Shown here: positions 61,683 to 64,000 of the stretch, one piece after another
How the letters are laid out: each line of letters starts with the position of its first letter
Position numbering within the stretch: the first letter of the stretch is position 1
Assembly (NCBI GenBank): GCA_965366835.1
Contig: CBDUGF010000004.1
Location: 1,273-65,272 of the forward strand
DNA from: an uncultured Rhodobacterales bacterium
GTDB lineage: Bacteria; Pseudomonadota; Alphaproteobacteria; Rhodobacterales; Rhodobacteraceae
Length of the DNA stretch: 64,000 bases
Direction of reading: 5' to 3'
Notes under the pieces: model-generated
Databases searched by the model: none
Told to the model about the DNA's origin: nothing
The model's input: the letters and a program-made list of their open reading frames with translations, nothing else
Program-made: the position numbers and the translations under genes

Positions 61683-64000
61683 CTATCCATCCGCCATCTC
61701 CTTCAGCGCCGCTTTCAAACGCGACGGCGTGACCGGCAGGTGGTGCATCGCAACCCCTGTGGCATCGCGGATCGCGTTCAGGATTGCCGGAGCGGTGGGG
61801 ATCAGCACATGTTCGCCCAGCCCCTTGGCGCCGTAAGGCCCGTGCGCGTCCGGTTCCTCGATGATCAGGGTCTCGACGGGCGGCATGTCGCCCACCGTCG
61901 GGATCAGGTAGTCATGCAGGTTCTCGGTGCGCCCGGGCAGGTATTCCTCCATCAGCGCCATGCCGAGGCCCTGGGCGATGCCGCCTTCGACCTGGCCTTC
62001 GACCAGCAGCGGGTTGATCGCCTTGCCGAGATCATGCGCGGCGACGAATTTCAGCGGCTTTACGGTGCCCAGCGCGGTGTCGACCTCGAGCACGCAGAGA
62101 TGCGCGGCATAGCCAAACTGCGCGTAAGGCTCGCCCTGACCGTTGGCATCCAGCGGCTTTGTCGGCGGATCATAGGTCTCCTCGGCGCGCAGCACATAGC
62201 CTTCGGCGTCGGGCTCCAGCGCCGAGAGGTCGATCTCGTGCACGCGCGTACCATCGCGCACACGAAGCAGATTGGCGGCCAGTTCGATCTCGGCTGCGTC
62301 GCCCGCATTGGCGCGTTGCAGGATTTCTGCGCGCAGCGCCTCGCCGGTCAGCCGCGCGGCATTGCCGGTCACGAAGGTCTGGCGCGAGGCCGAGGTCTTG
62401 CCGGCGTCGGGCGTCACGTCGGTATCGCCGCCGACCAGCGCCAGCGCGCTGACAGGCACGCCGAGCGCGGTGGCGAAGATCTGCGCGATCACCGTGTTGG
62501 CGCCCTGGCCGATATCTGCCGCACCCTGGTGCAGCACGATTTGCCCGTCACGCCGCAGCCCGGCCTTGATCGTCGAGGGGTTGGGCAGCGAGGTGTTGCC
62601 GCAGCCATACCAGCCCGCCGCAATGCCGACACCGCGCCGGACCGTACCGCCCCGGCGGTTGACCTTCTCCGCCGTGGCGCGGGCACTGTCCCAGGCGGGC
62701 TTGAGCGCCTCTAGGCAGGCCTTGATGCCGACGCCCTGTTCGAACACCTGGCCGCAGACCGTCGGCACGCCATTTTCGAGCGCATTCAGGATGCGAAACT
62801 CCAGCCGGTCGATGCCGAGCCTGTCGGCCAGCACGTCAAACAGGCTTTCCTGCGCCACCGCCGCCTGCGGTACGCCAAAGCCGCGAAACGCGCCGGAGGG
62901 CGGGCAATGGGTGTGAATGCCCTTGGCCTCGGCGCGGTAATCGGCCACCGCATAAGGCCCGGAGGCATGTACCGGCACCCGGTTGGCCACCGTTGGCCCC
63001 CAGCTGGCATAGGCGCCGGTGTTGAACAGGCCATCGAAGCGAAAGCCGCAAATCCGGCCCTCGGCATCGGCGCCGATCCTGACGGTCATCTCCGCCGGGT
63101 GGCGCTTGGTGGTCGATTGCATCGATTCGCGGCGCTCGTAGGTGAGCCGCACCGGCCGTCCGGTTTTCAGCGCCGCAATCGCCAGATAGGGCTGCACCGA
63201 GACATCGAGCTTGGCGCCGAAACCGCCGCCGGTCGCGGTGGGCACGACACGGATGCGGGCGCGGTCCATGCCCAGAACCTGCTCGAGCGTGTCGAGATCC
63301 ATCACCGGCGCCTGGGTGCAGGCATGCACTTCGACCCGGCCGTTCACGATCTCGGCAAAGCCGGCCTCGGGCTCGATATAGGCGTGTTCGACGAAGCTGG
63401 TGGTGAACCGGCCCTCGGCGATCACGGCGGCGCGGGCCAGCGCGCCATCGGCGTCGCCGTGGGCGACGAAGCCACCGCACATCACGTTGCCTGCGCGCGC
63501 TTCGTGCAGGAGCGCAGCACCTTCGGCCATGGCAGAAGCCATGTCCTGCGTGTCGGGCAGCGGCTCCCAGCTTACCGGGAAGTCTGCCGGATCGAAGCGG
63601 GCCATCGCCCTGGCCTCGCCGACGACGGCGGCCACCGCTTCGCCGCGAAAGCGGGCTTCGCAGACAGCGAAAACCGGCTGGTCGTGAAAGCCGGGGATCA
63701 CGCCGTAGAGATTGGCGCCCGGGACGTCGCCTGCGGTGAGAACCGCTTCGATTCCAGGGCGCGCCGCGAAGGCTTCAAGATCGCCGAAGGCAAAGCGCGC
63801 CCGGGCGTGCGGGCTGCGGATGATCCGGATCACCAAGGCGTCGGGCGGGGCGATATCATCGCCGAACCGCTCGGTGCCGCGCACCTTGGGGCCGCCATCG
63901 AGCTTGGCGATCGCCGCCCCGGCATGGCCGTTTGCGTCGGCGTCAACGCCCGGGCCGCGATCCATCACCGCGTCGATGATCTTGACATAGCCGGTGCAGC
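61683..64000 (-). CDS. xanthine dehydrogenase/aldehyde oxidase family molybdopterin-binding protein, probably fused to an N-terminal [2Fe-2S] domain (5' end outside window)
   Basis: a/b-hammerhead KVRGTERFGDDI and Mo-site TATGGGFGAKLD. The frame stays open to the window edge, and the upstream codons read CTGYVKIIDAV, a [2Fe-2S] small-subunit motif. Confidence 0.85.
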   Translation of the reverse strand, partial: CTGYVKIIDAVMDRGPGVDADANGHAGAAIAKLDGGPKVRGTERFGDDIAPPDALVIRIIRSPHARARFAFGDLEAFAARPGIEAVLTAGDVPGANLYGVIPGFHDQPVFAVCEARFRGEAVAAVVGEARAMARFDPADFPVSWEPLPDTQDMASAMAEGAALLHEARAGNVMCGGFVAHGDADGALARAAVIAEGRFTTSFVEHAYIEPEAGFAEIVNGRVEVHACTQAPVMDLDTLEQVLGMDRARIRVVPTATGGGFGAKLDVSVQPYLAIAALKTGRPVRLTYERRESMQSTTKRHPAEMTVRIGADAEGRICGFRFDGLFNTGAYASWGPTVANRVPVHASGPYAVADYRAEAKGIHTHCPPSGAFRGFGVPQAAVAQESLFDVLADRLGIDRLEFRILNALENGVPTVCGQVFEQGVGIKACLEALKPAWDSARATAEKVNRRGGTVRRGVGIAAGWYGCGNTSLPNPSTIKAGLRRDGQIVLHQGAADIGQGANTVIAQIFATALGVPVSALALVGGDTDVTPDAGKTSASRQTFVTGNAARLTGEALRAEILQRANAGDAAEIELAANLLRVRDGTRVHEIDLSALEPDAEGYVLRAEETYDPPTKPLDANGQGEPYAQFGYAAHLCVLEVDTALGTVKPLKFVAAHDLGKAINPLLVEGQVEGGIAQGLGMALMEEYLPGRTENLHDYLIPTVGDMPPVETLIIEEPDAHGPYGAKGLGEHVLIPTAPAILNAIRDATGVAMHHLPVTPSRLKAALKEMADG

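Overview
This is a 64-kb, high-GC chromosomal segment whose gene content and synteny look alphaproteobacterial, probably Rhodobacterales-like. That placement is inferred from protein sequences and gene order, not from any search. Coding density is high, and I saw no rRNA or tRNA genes, CRISPR arrays, integrases or transposases.

Gene order:
- atpG'-atpA-atpH on the minus strand, followed by an orphan hypothetical gene.
- A methyltransferase divergent from gloB-tag, then clpA, an M23 peptidase and tam.
- A long minus-strand block: ftsH-tilS-cpoB-pal-tolB-tolA-tolR-tolQ-ybgC.
- A class-V PLP enzyme, glyA and nadK.
- A ~13.5-kb catabolic locus controlled by two DeoR regulators. It holds two paralogous DAO+GcvT (dimethylglycine-dehydrogenase-like) oxidoreductases, two choline/ethanolamine-kinase-like proteins, an IMPase-family phosphatase and a ProXVW-type transporter.
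- A degradative class II HMG-CoA reductase, prpE, a small lipoprotein and maeB.
- A nucleoside salvage/catabolism operon: bicupin-cdd-deoA-deoB-add-upp.
- A SPOR protein and several small membrane proteins.
- An ~11-kb minus-strand operon: Mo-hydroxylase with an in-frame 2Fe-2S domain, a 6-hydroxynicotinate-reductase-like protein, UPF0280, two 'amino acid synthesis family' proteins, LivK/HM/G/F-type ABC transporter genes and marR.

The most interesting observations:
- The kinase/demethylase double module, which known betaine or choline pathways do not explain.
- The poorly characterised N-heterocycle-type operon.
- A ~110-120-bp intergenic element built of four tandem hairpins with co-varying stems. 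It occurs three times, each time abutting the stop codon of a minus-strand gene.
- Shared candidate operators: TTTTTGTTGATT at both DeoR divergent promoters, and TGCAAA repeats upstream of prpE.

All functional calls rest on motif and family recognition by eye. No database search was run.
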